Below, piece by piece: positions 16,297 through 25,811 of a stretch of DNA of 64,000 nt. The DNA lies in the IMG/VR virus record IMGVR_UViG_3300031998_000040, positions 1 to 64,000 of that record; one strand, 5' to 3'. A model generated the notes under the pieces. It worked only from the letters and a program-made list of their open reading frames with translations. It made no database searches and had not been told where the DNA came from. Within the stretch, counting starts at the first letter, position 1; each line of letters starts with the position of its first letter. The DNA is from a virus. Its lineage: Duplodnaviria > Caudoviricetes. Both the position numbers and the translations under genes were made by a program.

Positions 16297-16646
16297 TTAT
16301 CTTCGCAGTCTTTCCCGTGCCTGCACTCGTCGAAGTTTTCTACTGCGGGGCATCCCTCGCAGTCTGCAATGACGCGGAACCACGCCGCCAGTTTTTCGTC
16401 GCTCTTGCTTCGTAGCATGTCCCTGTGGGTTTTGGGTTTCTTCGGAGTCCAATGTTCGCAAACCTCGTCAGGCCATCCTTCACACCATTCCTTGACGGCA
16501 GGTTGTCCGCAGTTCTTGCAGGTCTTTTCCTTCGGCTCTGGTTTGGGATCGTCGTACCGATTCAGGTACTCAGGCTTGCTGGCCGGACACTCTCCGCACG
16601 GAAGCATTTCATAGGGGCCGCAGCCGCCTTTGCGATAGCACGTCAT
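16260..16646 (-). CDS. Cys-rich hypothetical protein
   Basis: MTCYRKGG..THRDMLRSKSDEKLA..WLEWL. Confidence 0.65.
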   Translation of the reverse strand: MTCYRKGGCGPYEMLPCGECPASKPEYLNRYDDPKPEPKEKTCKNCGQPAVKEWCEGWPDEVCEHWTPKKPKTHRDMLRSKSDEKLAAWFRVIADCEGCPAVENFDECRHGKDCEDKWLEWLRGEATS

Positions 16647-16822
16647 TTCTTTCTCTCCCAGTATTCTTTCTGCTTCTTCTTTGCCTTTTTGATGATGGCA
16701 GAGACGGCAGCGGACACGCCGACGAAGACAGCGCAGAGAACGATGACCACGGCTGCGATAACAGCGAACAGGCCCAGGTCTGCCAGCCGCCAGGACAGCC
16801 AGAATTTGATTGCCTCTTTCAT
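16643..16822 (-). CDS. small membrane protein
   Basis: MKEAIKFW..LFAVIAAVVIVLCAVFVGV; RBS GGAGG. Confidence 0.55.
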   Translation of the reverse strand: MKEAIKFWLSWRLADLGLFAVIAAVVIVLCAVFVGVSAAVSAIIKKAKKKQKEYWERKK

Positions 16823-17211
16823 GCGTCCTCCTTCGGCTCATACACCTCGCACCCCCAGGAATCGGGATCGTCTCCCACCATCCATATCGCCTTGCCCTCG
16901 TTGGCAAACGCCATGCAGATGTGTCCGTCCATAGGGATGTGTTTGCAGCCCTTGCCGGAATAGTCGTACTTCTCCAACCCATAGTTTCTTTTGCAGTTGG
17001 AACAGCACGTTTTCTTGACGATGGTATAGATGCTGACGCTCTTCCATTTGGGGCCAAGCGTCTTTACCTCCCGGTACAGCTCCTCAAACTCTTTGTCCAT
17101 ATCGTCAATAGCCACCAGCGCGTCGTAGCGCAGTTCCGCGTTCATCACCGCCTCGCCTACGGTTTCCAGCCCGCAGGCATCGGCCAGCTCACAAACTTCT
17201 TTCAGAGTCAT
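16819..17211 (-). CDS. hypothetical protein
   Basis: MTLKEVC.. ORF with RBS. Confidence 0.6.
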   Translation of the reverse strand: MTLKEVCELADACGLETVGEAVMNAELRYDALVAIDDMDKEFEELYREVKTLGPKWKSVSIYTIVKKTCCSNCKRNYGLEKYDYSGKGCKHIPMDGHICMAFANEGKAIWMVGDDPDSWGCEVYEPKEDA

Positions 17212-17659
17212 GTTTCCTTCTCCTCTCCCTCTCCAAAAGATGCTCAATGGTGTCCGCCGCCGCAAGCATCATCCGATACTGGCAAAGCGGTTTGGGCGTA
17301 TTGCTGTTCTTTCCGAATATCACACTCAAAGAGCATTTGCCGCAATTTCCTTCTGCACACCCACGCACGTTCCGAATAATAGACTCCGGTTGCAGACCGC
17401 CCCGGTGGTCTTCCCTGCGCGGGTCATAGTCCGGATTTCCTGAGTAATCATCCCATGCCGTGCGTCGGTTCCACTTCCCCACCGCTTCAGCCGTAGTTTT
17501 GGCCGTAGGGCTTGTCATGGCCCCGCAGTCCTCGCACACGACGTAGTAGTAGGTGTCCGTGGTGAATGGAGGGTCATAGGCTCGCACATTGCCGCTTCCG
17601 CCGCAGTATGGGCAGCGTTCGATGCTGCCGTCGTCAAAGTCGTTGGAATCGTAACCCAT
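17189..17659 (-). CDS. Lar-family restriction-alleviation protein
   Basis: CPYCGG..YYVVCEDCGA..EAVGKWNRR. Confidence 0.75.
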   Translation of the reverse strand: MGYDSNDFDDGSIERCPYCGGSGNVRAYDPPFTTDTYYYVVCEDCGAMTSPTAKTTAEAVGKWNRRTAWDDYSGNPDYDPRREDHRGGLQPESIIRNVRGCAEGNCGKCSLSVIFGKNSNTPKPLCQYRMMLAAADTIEHLLERERRRKHDSERSL

Positions 17660-17910
17660 TATTCTTTGGCCTCCTGTCTCAGCCATTTGAGCCAGCACTT
17701 GACTTTCATTTCGGTTCCTTCGCAGGAATCAAGGGGAAAGCACAGCTCCTCCAAGTCTTCGCCGGGAGGACAGCATGGGAGAGTTCCAAAGAACTCAGCC
17801 AGCTCTTCGTCACTCTTAGACCGTATGCGGTCGGCGTGGGTCTTCTTGCAGAGCTTTTTGAAAAGTTCCCTTTCGGCCTTGCCAACCCTTCTCAAGTCTT
17901 TGTCGTTCAC
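17659..17910 (-). CDS. hypothetical protein
   Basis: THADRIRSKSDEELAEF..CWLKWL, similar to the C-terminus of 16260-16646. Confidence 0.65.
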   Translation of the reverse strand: MNDKDLRRVGKAERELFKKLCKKTHADRIRSKSDEELAEFFGTLPCCPPGEDLEELCFPLDSCEGTEMKVKCWLKWLRQEAKE

Positions 17911-18218
17911 GTCGTACTCGCTCCCCCTTCCTCGTACAGCAAGTCATACGGTTTGCTAGTGGCATTTATGTCCTTAGCAGGCTCTTCTTTGCTGGAAGGG
18001 TCGAAGATCAGTTCAAACCTCGGCCGGCTCTTTCCGTCACGCTCCACGGTTTCCAGCCACATATACGCCGGACGCGCCCATACCGCGTCGCCTCCGTCGT
18101 TGCTCGTGTAGATTACGAGTTCTTCTGCCGTATTGGTGTGATACGCCAGATACAGCACACGGTAGACGCCACCCTTGAAGTGACGCCATATCTGTCCAGG
18201 TCGAATTTCAGGTTTCAT
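17907..18218 (-). CDS. DUF1653-family protein
   Basis: WRHFKGGVYRV..HT.T.EELVIY..WARP. Confidence 0.85.
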   Translation of the reverse strand: MKPEIRPGQIWRHFKGGVYRVLYLAYHTNTAEELVIYTSNDGGDAVWARPAYMWLETVERDGKSRPRFELIFDPSSKEEPAKDINATSKPYDLLYEEGGASTT

Positions 18219-18424
18219 TCCTCTTCCTCCTTAAAGTCCGGGCACACGCCGCGCATACCCGTTTCGATGTCCCCCTCCAGGTCGCACACGAATCCATAGG
18301 GACCGTTGGTATAGTCGTAGAAGATGTCCGTCAAGTGCTGGCAGAAGAAGCAGCTCTTGGGGTGCGCTTTCACCGCATAACCGGGGCCGCGATAGATGCG
18401 AGTGTGTTCGTTATTCGGCATCAT
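18215..18424 (-). CDS. Cys-rich hypothetical protein
   Basis: CFFCQH..DIFYDYTNGPY. Confidence 0.6.
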   Translation of the reverse strand: MMPNNEHTRIYRGPGYAVKAHPKSCFFCQHLTDIFYDYTNGPYGFVCDLEGDIETGMRGVCPDFKEEEE

Positions 18425-18690
18425 TCTTCCTCCTCTGCCTCATTGTTCCCGTATTTCTCCAAGACTTCCCCAGTCAGAATGTCATGCCCCATTTCCAGGT
18501 CGAATCCGTCAAACGCTCCGTGCTGCAACAGCTCTTGCAGCAGGAAGAAATGAGCGCGAACTGGTCCGGTACATTTGGCGTCGAACATGAGCTTTGATAT
18601 TTCACCGATTTCCTTGCGTTCAAGCTCAATCACGGCTTTCCCGGCATCAGCATCAACTTTGTAAATTATCATGCTTCCTCCTTCTGTCAA
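18421..18690 (-). CDS. hypothetical protein
   Basis: ORF in operon. Confidence 0.55.
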   Translation of the reverse strand: MTEGGSMIIYKVDADAGKAVIELERKEIGEISKLMFDAKCTGPVRAHFFLLQELLQHGAFDGFDLEMGHDILTGEVLEKYGNNEAEEEE

Positions 18691-18840
18691 AGATAGCGTC
18701 GAGCAATCTCGTCTGCGATCTCTTTCCCGTATTTCTTGCAGTCGTGTTTATAATCAATCAACTGCCCCAAAGGTACGAGGATGATTGCGACGGCCAATCC
18801 AAGAAACGGGAAGCTCCACCACGGAAGACTGAATAAGAAG

Positions 18841-19215
18841 TCAATCATTTTCTTCCTCCTCCGGTGGCTCTACGGCCTCATAGGTTTTCTCGAAGATATC
18901 CGGCTTGCAGGGGTAAAATTCCCCGTTCACGCCCTTGATTATGTAGTCACCGGGCATGGCTTTCATGTCACCCTCCAGGGTGCAGATCGTGACACTGAAA
19001 ATTGGAGGGGCCTTGCCGAGCGTCCACGCTTCATCGGACTCCAGATTCATCTTGGCTTTGTCCTCGCCGATCCACCGCACCACGCATGGCACGTTGATGT
19101 TATCGAGCTGTACTGCCTCGACGATAACGGGCTTTTTCCGATACTGACGAACATCAGCTTTGATCGTATAGTATTTGTCGATTTCATGCTCGACCATCTT
19201 TATGAATTCTTCCAT
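18841..19215 (-). CDS. conserved phage protein (PGDYII motif)
   Basis: YRKKPVIVEAVQ..PGDYIIKGVNGEFYPCKPDIFEKTYE. Confidence 0.85.
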   Translation of the reverse strand: MEEFIKMVEHEIDKYYTIKADVRQYRKKPVIVEAVQLDNINVPCVVRWIGEDKAKMNLESDEAWTLGKAPPIFSVTICTLEGDMKAMPGDYIIKGVNGEFYPCKPDIFEKTYEAVEPPEEEEND

Positions 19216-19360
19216 TTCTTTTCCTCCTTTGTTAGCTTATATGGTTTGCAGAGCAGCCTATCCAAGAACGTGATATATCCCGGCCCACCCGTTGCACATT
19301 TCTTCGATTGGCAGGTGTTGTTTTCGGGATGATAGTAATTACATTCCTTGCAAGGATTCC

Positions 19361-19549
19361 TCACAGGGCTTCCTCCTTCGGCGTCTCTGGCTCATACTTC
19401 GGGCATTTTTCTCCCACTTTGAGCGGGTACTTCCCGCAAGCATATGTGTGGTTGCCATTCATGTAGATTGTAAAGGTTTTTCGGTTTTGGCACGTTTGAC
19501 ACTCAGGCGAGAGCTGATACCAATACCCTTGATTCCATAGGCGGCTCAT
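19361..19549 (-). CDS. small Cys-containing protein
   Basis: RBS GAGGAGG. Confidence 0.55.
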   Translation of the reverse strand: MSRLWNQGYWYQLSPECQTCQNRKTFTIYMNGNHTYACGKYPLKVGEKCPKYEPETPKEEAL

Positions 19550-19718
19550 TCTTCCTCCTCCGGCGGCTCGAACGGAACCCGCTTGATCTTCACCCGCTGC
19601 TCATATCGCCATCCACACTTCGGGCATCGCCACGCCGGAATAGGCGGGTAGGTGGCAAAAACCATATGTTCTAGGTCAGCCCCGCACTCAGGGCAAGTCT
19701 GGATGATGATGGTGTTCT

Positions 19719-20192
19719 TCATGCTTCCTCCTTTGTGTCTCTCAGTCCTTTATGCCGTTTCTTGTGGCATTGTTTACAAAGCGTCACAAGATTCTCCGGT
19801 TCGTCTCCACCGCCTTGAGCGACGGGTACGATATGGTGGACTTCAAGTTGCCCGTCGTCAATCGGGACGGCCATCCCGTACTCGTTTATCATCGCATGAA
19901 ACGTACCGCAGTCTTGGCAGGTGAACTTATCCCGGTACAGTATTCTCAACGAATAAGCGTCCCTTCCGCGATTCCAGACCGTTGCGTTTTGAAACTCGCG
20001 CCTGCAATCGTCAGAACAGTATCGCCGCCTCTTGTTGTTTACTTCTCCGCCGCACCACGGGCATTGATTCTCTTGCTCATAAACGGGAGCGAAGAATTCT
20101 ACGCTTTCACTGCCATACATCTTGATTGCATCGCTAAGTGCTGGGAATGGTCGGCGTGTTCCGTGACGCTCCCAATAATGGAGAATCTTCAT
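19719..20192 (-). CDS. HNH endonuclease
   Basis: RDKFTCQDCG..LEVHHIVPVAQGGGDEPENLVTLCKQCH. Confidence 0.88.
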   Translation of the reverse strand: MKILHYWERHGTRRPFPALSDAIKMYGSESVEFFAPVYEQENQCPWCGGEVNNKRRRYCSDDCRREFQNATVWNRGRDAYSLRILYRDKFTCQDCGTFHAMINEYGMAVPIDDGQLEVHHIVPVAQGGGDEPENLVTLCKQCHKKRHKGLRDTKEEA

Positions 20193-20641
20193 GTTTCCTC
20201 CTTCGGCGGCTCCGGAGGCTCCGGCATTGGCATCCAGTGTGTGACCTCCAAGACCTCTCCATCACCAACAAACCGCTCAATGCGTACACGCTTCCAGTCT
20301 CGAAGCCGATAAGCTCTGCTATAGAGAACGGGTTCGGCTTCTTTTTTCCCCTTAACAGCGCCGATTACCTGCACATAGCAAACATCTTCATCCTCCGGAA
20401 GCGGAGGTTTTTGCTCCGTTACGGGAATCCAGCGAGGCAACATCGCTTTATAGTCACACGCTTCTTTGTACCAATCATCGGAACAGCCCTTGTAATGTTT
20501 AACAGTCTGTTGCAGTTCCTCTATGGCATCGGCAAGGTGATTCATTATTCCCGTTGTTCCTTGACATCCACCAACGGGGCAATTTATGCAAGCATCTTTC
20601 TCAGCACAATACCTCGCCAGATTCACCAGATCCTCATACAT
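20189..20641 (-). CDS. DUF551-domain protein
   Basis: RWIPVTEQKP..VTHWMPMPEPP. Confidence 0.8.
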   Translation of the reverse strand: MYEDLVNLARYCAEKDACINCPVGGCQGTTGIMNHLADAIEELQQTVKHYKGCSDDWYKEACDYKAMLPRWIPVTEQKPPLPEDEDVCYVQVIGAVKGKKEAEPVLYSRAYRLRDWKRVRIERFVGDGEVLEVTHWMPMPEPPEPPKEET

Positions 20642-20814
20642 CCTCCTGCCCTCCGTCCCGATCCCACTTCGTCTCTCTCGCCCACCGCCTGCACCATCCC
20701 TCAAAGACCATCACATAGCTGATGTAGTGACCGTCTATCTCACAATGGCACGTCACCTCACCCGGATTCCCCGTGCGGATATTCCTCCGGCAGTTGCAGC
20801 AGCATCGCTTTCGG

Positions 20815-21057
20815 TCAGGCGTCGTCCTGCCCTCCCCACGGGTTCAGCATCTTGTGTAGCCTGTTCAGCTCGCGCCGCAGCCGGATAATGTCGTTCTGCT
20901 TCCGCGTGTGATACCAGATGCCGTAAGCGTATTTGTCGTCCGTTTTATCCGCCTTGATTTCCGCGTTCAGCCTTTGCATGAGTTCAAGGCAGAAGTCGGC
21001 TTGCTTAATGGTCTTCTTCGTATCAATCGCCATTGTGCTGCCCTCCGTCCTCGTCAT
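20815..21057 (-). CDS. hypothetical protein
   Basis: ORF in operon. Confidence 0.55.
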   Translation of the reverse strand: MTRTEGSTMAIDTKKTIKQADFCLELMQRLNAEIKADKTDDKYAYGIWYHTRKQNDIIRLRRELNRLHKMLNPWGGQDDA

Positions 21058-21259
21058 GAGCTGCGATTGCTGTTCTTACTCTCATTTCTGATGATTGTGG
21101 GTTCACATAGATTTCGCAACCAGTCAGCCAATCGCAATCCTCCACGTCGATGTCATGCTTTCCAATAAAACCATCTACGACTTCACAGGCAGAAGAAAGA
21201 AGTTTCGCATATCTTGTTCTCCGTTTTAACGCCTCGTCAACATATTTCGGGATTCTCAT
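21023..21259 (-). CDS. hypothetical protein
   Basis: MRIPKYV.. with RBS. Confidence 0.6.
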   Translation of the reverse strand: MRIPKYVDEALKRRTRYAKLLSSACEVVDGFIGKHDIDVEDCDWLTGCEIYVNPQSSEMRVRTAIAAHDEDGGQHNGD

Positions 21260-21993
21260 TCCTCCTGCCCTCCGTCCTTGCGCTTGCCATCAGCGCAGTA
21301 CCGAAACGTGTACTTTCTCCCGATTGTTCTCCGTAAACAGCACATACCCACCGTTGAAGGATTCAGACCGTAGTGTTCTGCCGCCGCTCTGATGCTGGTG
21401 AACTCTTCTCCGGTTTCTAGGCAAACCACTCGTTTCCCAGCACCTTCTTCGCTGTTTTGGTAGGCTTTCACAGAGGCAGAAATGTCACGCTTTTGCTCGT
21501 CTGACATTGTGCGTCCGCGCATTTTTGCAGACAACCGCTTTAGTGCCGTTCCATACGTTAAGTTATATTGATTCGTACACCATTCAAGGTTGTCTGCTCG
21601 GTTATTGGTTCCATCTTCATCCTTGTGATTAACTATGGTATATTCTTCGGGCTTTGGGTTTTCTACAAACGCTGTAGCCACCAGTCTGTGAACATACACG
21701 TCATGACCTTTCCCTTGCCTTTTGAGCCACACCGTTTTGTAGCTTGTGTTAGGCTTTTGTCTGACGGTCTGGTGAAGTAGATTCCCATTCTTTTCTCTGA
21801 CTTCCCCAAAGTTTGATACTTCATACCTTTCGTCATATCCATCCAAGGGCTTCCAGACCACCTCCACCACATCGGCGGCGGGGATCGCTCTTAGCCGGTC
21901 TGTGTCTGAGCATGACCCACCGCAAATATTCCGCTCTGTGCAGTCGGAGCAAGTTGCCTCGATTGCCGCCCCGCGCCGGATATAGTCATCCAT
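21256..21993 (-). CDS. NUMOD4-HNH endonuclease embedded in a small phage protein
   Basis: WKPLDGYDERYEVSNFG, VHRLVA..VNHKDE..NN..NLEW, NUMOD1-like C-terminus. Confidence 0.88.
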   Translation of the reverse strand: MDDYIRRGAAIEATCSDCTERNICGGSCSDTDRLRAIPAADVVEVVWKPLDGYDERYEVSNFGEVREKNGNLLHQTVRQKPNTSYKTVWLKRQGKGHDVYVHRLVATAFVENPKPEEYTIVNHKDEDGTNNRADNLEWCTNQYNLTYGTALKRLSAKMRGRTMSDEQKRDISASVKAYQNSEEGAGKRVVCLETGEEFTSIRAAAEHYGLNPSTVGMCCLRRTIGRKYTFRYCADGKRKDGGQEE

Positions 21994-22435
21994 CGTCGCG
22001 TCCGCCTTTCTCTTTGTTCTCACCTATGAACGGAAGATACGTCTTTGGCTTGAAGCACCACTTTCCGTTTCCATGTTCGTCCACCGGGAGTTCTTCATAA
22101 CCGAGTTCGTGCATTTTTTGCACATACTCCGGAGCCACCTGTATATACGGCTGCATAACGCCGTGGCCGCAGCAGCATCCGATGGTGCGGATTCCGTTCT
22201 CGTCAAGCACTTCGATTTCCGGTCTGATGCTGGTATCTACCGAGATTATTTTCCCGTCGGATTTCACCATGTAGCTGTAGCACCGATACTCTCCGATCCG
22301 GCTTTCACGGCATACATAGTCGTAACGCAACGAGGCCAGCGTCAGCTTATCGAAGCTGTTCAGCCAATCTTGGGTAAGCAAGTAGTCTCTCACCGCCCTG
22401 GCAAGAAACAGCCGCGTAGTCTTCCATTCATCCAT
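21986..22435 (-). CDS. hypothetical protein
   Basis: GIRTIGCCCGHG motif. Confidence 0.7.
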   Translation of the reverse strand: MDEWKTTRLFLARAVRDYLLTQDWLNSFDKLTLASLRYDYVCRESRIGEYRCYSYMVKSDGKIISVDTSIRPEIEVLDENGIRTIGCCCGHGVMQPYIQVAPEYVQKMHELGYEELPVDEHGNGKWCFKPKTYLPFIGENKEKGGRDDG

Positions 22436-22673
22436 CGTCTCTCACTCCGTTCCATTCTTGGATCATGGCTTCTCGGTCGTCCCAAAAGTATCGGTCTGAC
22501 GAATACCCGCACGACGTACAGTAGATGTACTTCCATCTGCCGCCATTGTTTATCCAGCCAGTATCATCTGCAATTCTTGCTCTACCACCGCAGCGCGGGC
22601 ACGGCTTCAATTCGTTTGTTCGGCCTAGAATTCTGCCGATCATGGATTGAACGTCGATTGATTCTTCTCCCAT
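22428..22673 (-). CDS. Lar-family protein
   Basis: ELKPCPRCGG..IYCTSCG..QEWN. Confidence 0.75.
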   Translation of the reverse strand: MGEESIDVQSMIGRILGRTNELKPCPRCGGRARIADDTGWINNGGRWKYIYCTSCGYSSDRYFWDDREAMIQEWNGVRDDG

Positions 22674-22676
22674 CGT

Positions 22677-22994
22677 CTACTCTCTCCACGGCACGACCCG
22701 TACGCTGACCGTCACGATCCGCAGTTCCGGGTTCACTTCCGATTTTTCCGTCTTCACTCCGCAGTAACCGTCGTCAATCAGCAGTTCCGCCAACGCCACC
22801 GCCAGTTGCCGCTTCGTGATGTTTTTCATTTCTTCAACGTCGCCTATCGTCTGGTACGCGCCCCTTGCGCACAGCGTCACCGGCGTCGCCTGGTACACGT
22901 TTACCGGGTACGGAACCGTCTCCGTCTCCGTCTCCGGAAGCCCCAGCCTCCGGCACACCCACCGCCGTATCTTCCGCTTCGTCTCCAGCTTCAT
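22677..22994 (-). CDS. hypothetical protein
   Basis: ORF in operon. Confidence 0.6.
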   Translation of the reverse strand: MKLETKRKIRRWVCRRLGLPETETETVPYPVNVYQATPVTLCARGAYQTIGDVEEMKNITKRQLAVALAELLIDDGYCGVKTEKSEVNPELRIVTVSVRVVPWRE

Positions 22995-23347
22995 TCCAGC
23001 TTGACCCCCATTGCCTCTTTGAAGAACTCGGCCATTTTCTCACGGACGACCTCCGCCACCTGCTTCTGAACTTCTGCCTTTACAGCTTTCTCGATGACCT
23101 CTTTGAGTCTTTCTTTACCGCTCCACCCGTATTCAGCCTTCAACGCCTCGTCGATTCTCTGCTCGATTTGATACTTGATAGCGAGGGGAACCTGATAATT
23201 GTTGATGGCTCGTTCAGCCGCTTCTTCCCCATATGCCCGGATTTCGGCTTCAATGTCCTCTTTGCTGAGTCCAAGGCCATTCTTGATGTACTCTTTCACA
23301 GCCTTGTAGGTGTCCCGTCCGGAAAACTTGAAATACATATCTTCCAT
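22991..23347 (-). CDS. hypothetical protein
   Basis: GGAGG RBS. Confidence 0.65.
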   Translation of the reverse strand: MEDMYFKFSGRDTYKAVKEYIKNGLGLSKEDIEAEIRAYGEEAAERAINNYQVPLAIKYQIEQRIDEALKAEYGWSGKERLKEVIEKAVKAEVQKQVAEVVREKMAEFFKEAMGVKLE

Positions 23348-23348
23348 C

Positions 23349-23621
23349 TTAATTCCTCCCAATCGCAGACAAGATGGCTTCCGTCATCACCTTGTCCATA
23401 TCCACCTGCCCAACCACCGGGAAATGCTCCCGGTCATTCTCCAAATCGTGTGTGTAGTAGGAGGCTTTTGAAACCTTCCACTTTTCAATGTATGGATAAA
23501 GCATCAGCCTATAGCCATACGACGTTGCTGACCGCATTCCCTTCGCGGGTATCGAGCCTTGGTAGACAAAATATGTCTCATGCCCCGCCCACAGGTTTCG
23601 GAATACCGTTCCTTTTTTCAT
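23349..23621 (-). CDS. hypothetical protein
   Basis: ORF in operon. Confidence 0.6.
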   Translation of the reverse strand: MKKGTVFRNLWAGHETYFVYQGSIPAKGMRSATSYGYRLMLYPYIEKWKVSKASYYTHDLENDREHFPVVGQVDMDKVMTEAILSAIGRN

Positions 23622-23942
23622 CTATGTCACCCCTGTACTCAAACTTCTCACAAATTCCACGGCAGCTTCCAAGCTCCTTATTCTTGAGCTTGCATCCGCC
23701 CTCCGGCATCTTCATTCCATAATGCCGCCAGTATGTCCAACAGAAGTGTTTGCACTCATAAATACGGTACTTGCGCTCATCCATCACATCACCGCCTGTA
23801 TCAGATGCCGTACACCGCAGGCTATCCAAAAACCACCGAGGCTTACGAACAGCTTGAACCATTTTTCTTTCTTTGCGAAAGACGAGGCAAGGAAAGACAA
23901 TCCACCAAGCGTTACCCAAATCATCGCCAACTTCATCATCAC

Positions 23943-24674
23943 TCACCATACGAATTCCGGGTGCGCCGCCATGAACGGCTTCACTACTTCTTCAATCGCA
24001 GCCTCAGCGGTGGCTTTGTCCTTGAAATAAACAACGCCCTCAACACAGTGCGCGTCGTTATAGGAGACACAAAGGGCGCTGTTTTGCGTATGGAGATAAA
24101 TGTAGCAGTGGTCTTGGGGATTCTGAGAATTCCAAGCATTATCACCGCCGTGTTCCTCGCTGTACCGCCAAAGCAAACGGTTCAGCGTCTCGTGCAGCGC
24201 CCGCTGCTCCATCATTCCCTTGTCGCGGCAATAATTGGCGGCTGAATAGCGTTCGTCGTCAGCTATCGTTCCCGTTTCGCAGCCAGTGAATACACACCCT
24301 TCCGCAGTGATGAAGTGGTAATCGTCACTGCGCATCCGCTCGAACGGGTTCTCCGACACCTGCCTCGCCATTTCTTGCAGCGCCACTTCCGCCTTGATCT
24401 TCTCTACCAGCTCCGCACTCAGCTCGTACTCTTTCCCATCCAGAATTATCTTGTTCATCTTTTCTTCTTCCTCCCTTATAAGTTCCAGCCCACGCGCATC
24501 CCAAGTAAAAATATTGCCTTCCAGCAGAACCCCACGCGGGCCGGTGAACCCTCTGACGGTGTAGGTAGCGCCGACATACCTGGACATATCCGAAGCCCAC
24601 CCACTGCAATAGTTATCAATACCGCTACCGTCGAGAATTCGCACCTCGTCTCCAACCCTGAGTTCTCTGCTCAT
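23943..24674 (-). CDS. hypothetical protein
   Basis: SH3-like N-terminus LRVGDEVRI; internal RBS before MNKIILDG. Confidence 0.7.
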   Translation of the reverse strand: MSRELRVGDEVRILDGSGIDNYCSGWASDMSRYVGATYTVRGFTGPRGVLLEGNIFTWDARGLELIREEEEKMNKIILDGKEYELSAELVEKIKAEVALQEMARQVSENPFERMRSDDYHFITAEGCVFTGCETGTIADDERYSAANYCRDKGMMEQRALHETLNRLLWRYSEEHGGDNAWNSQNPQDHCYIYLHTQNSALCVSYNDAHCVEGVVYFKDKATAEAAIEEVVKPFMAAHPEFVW

Positions 24675-25811
24675 TCTCCGCTCACGACCCCCTGCCCTAT
24701 ACTCGCAGCCATGCTCTCGCTACCCTGCCGCGCCGCTACCGGCACCCCGCCCAGCCGCTGTACCCATGCTACCATGCACCCAACGTCCCTCGTAAGATTC
24801 CCACTCCAACCGCAAACTACCCCCCACCCCCTCCCCGAAGGGGACGCGCCAAATTTTTTCCGGCACCCCTACGCCATCACGCGGCGGTACGGTCCGTCAG
24901 CTACCGAACGGTCATGTAGCGGAAAGGTTCAGGCCATGTTCTGATGAACGGTTATGCGCGGGAAAGGGCTTCGGGTGTCCGGCCCTGGGTTCCTGGCCTC
25001 CCGTCTGGAAACCGGGGGCGGGGCGGCGGGGCGATTCGTGCTCATTATGCCTATAATGGCATCATATCCGGGCCCGCTGCCGGGGCCGCTGCGGGGCTCC
25101 GCCGGTGCTGCCGCTGCCGGTCCAGGGCTCCGCCGGTCTGCCGGTCCTGCTGCCGGTGATCCGTCGAAGGAACTGCAGAACAGGCGACGGCGGGAGGTAC
25201 TTTTCCGCCGGTGCCGGTTCTGCTGGGATCGGTCCGGCGGACCGGCTGCGGGTGCTGGGGCTGCGGTTCCGGTCCGGTGCTGCGGTTCCGGTCCGGCTGC
25301 GGTAGCTGCTGCGGCTGCGTCTCTGCTGCGGTCTACGGTAGCATGTCGGATTGTCAACGGGTCCAGAGGTCCGGGCGCGTTACGTTCCGGGCGCGGTCCT
25401 GGGCGCGTCTGCTCGCGCGTGCGCGTAGGCGTGCGGGCCGGGGCGCGGGTATGCTGCCGGGGGCGGGCGGGCTCCTGGGGGCGTGCTGCGGGCTTCCTGC
25501 TTTCGACGGGGCTGATTCTGGCCGCGCTGCTTTCATACGGCGGCGGGATCGGTCCGGGCTTTCTTCGGGGCCGTTCCTTCCCTGCCGGTTTTCATACGGG
25601 GCCGGGGCTGCTGCAATCAGTCCGGGCGTTCTTCGTCTGCCGGTTCTCATACGGGCCGGGGCTCCGTTTCAGCTGGAGGCGCTTTCCGTCTCGCTGCCGT
25701 CTGACTGCGTGATTTCATACGGGCAAAGAGGACCGGCGGCCCAGGGCGGGCCGCCGGTGCTGCTGCGGGGCTCTGTTCTGTTGTCGCTGCGGCTCCAGGC
25801 CGCTGCCGGTG

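Noticed and set aside
13918-24800. Shared 13-mer CCTCGTAAGATTC at ~13918 and ~24788
   Set aside because: Matches of this length are expected by chance in 64 kb.
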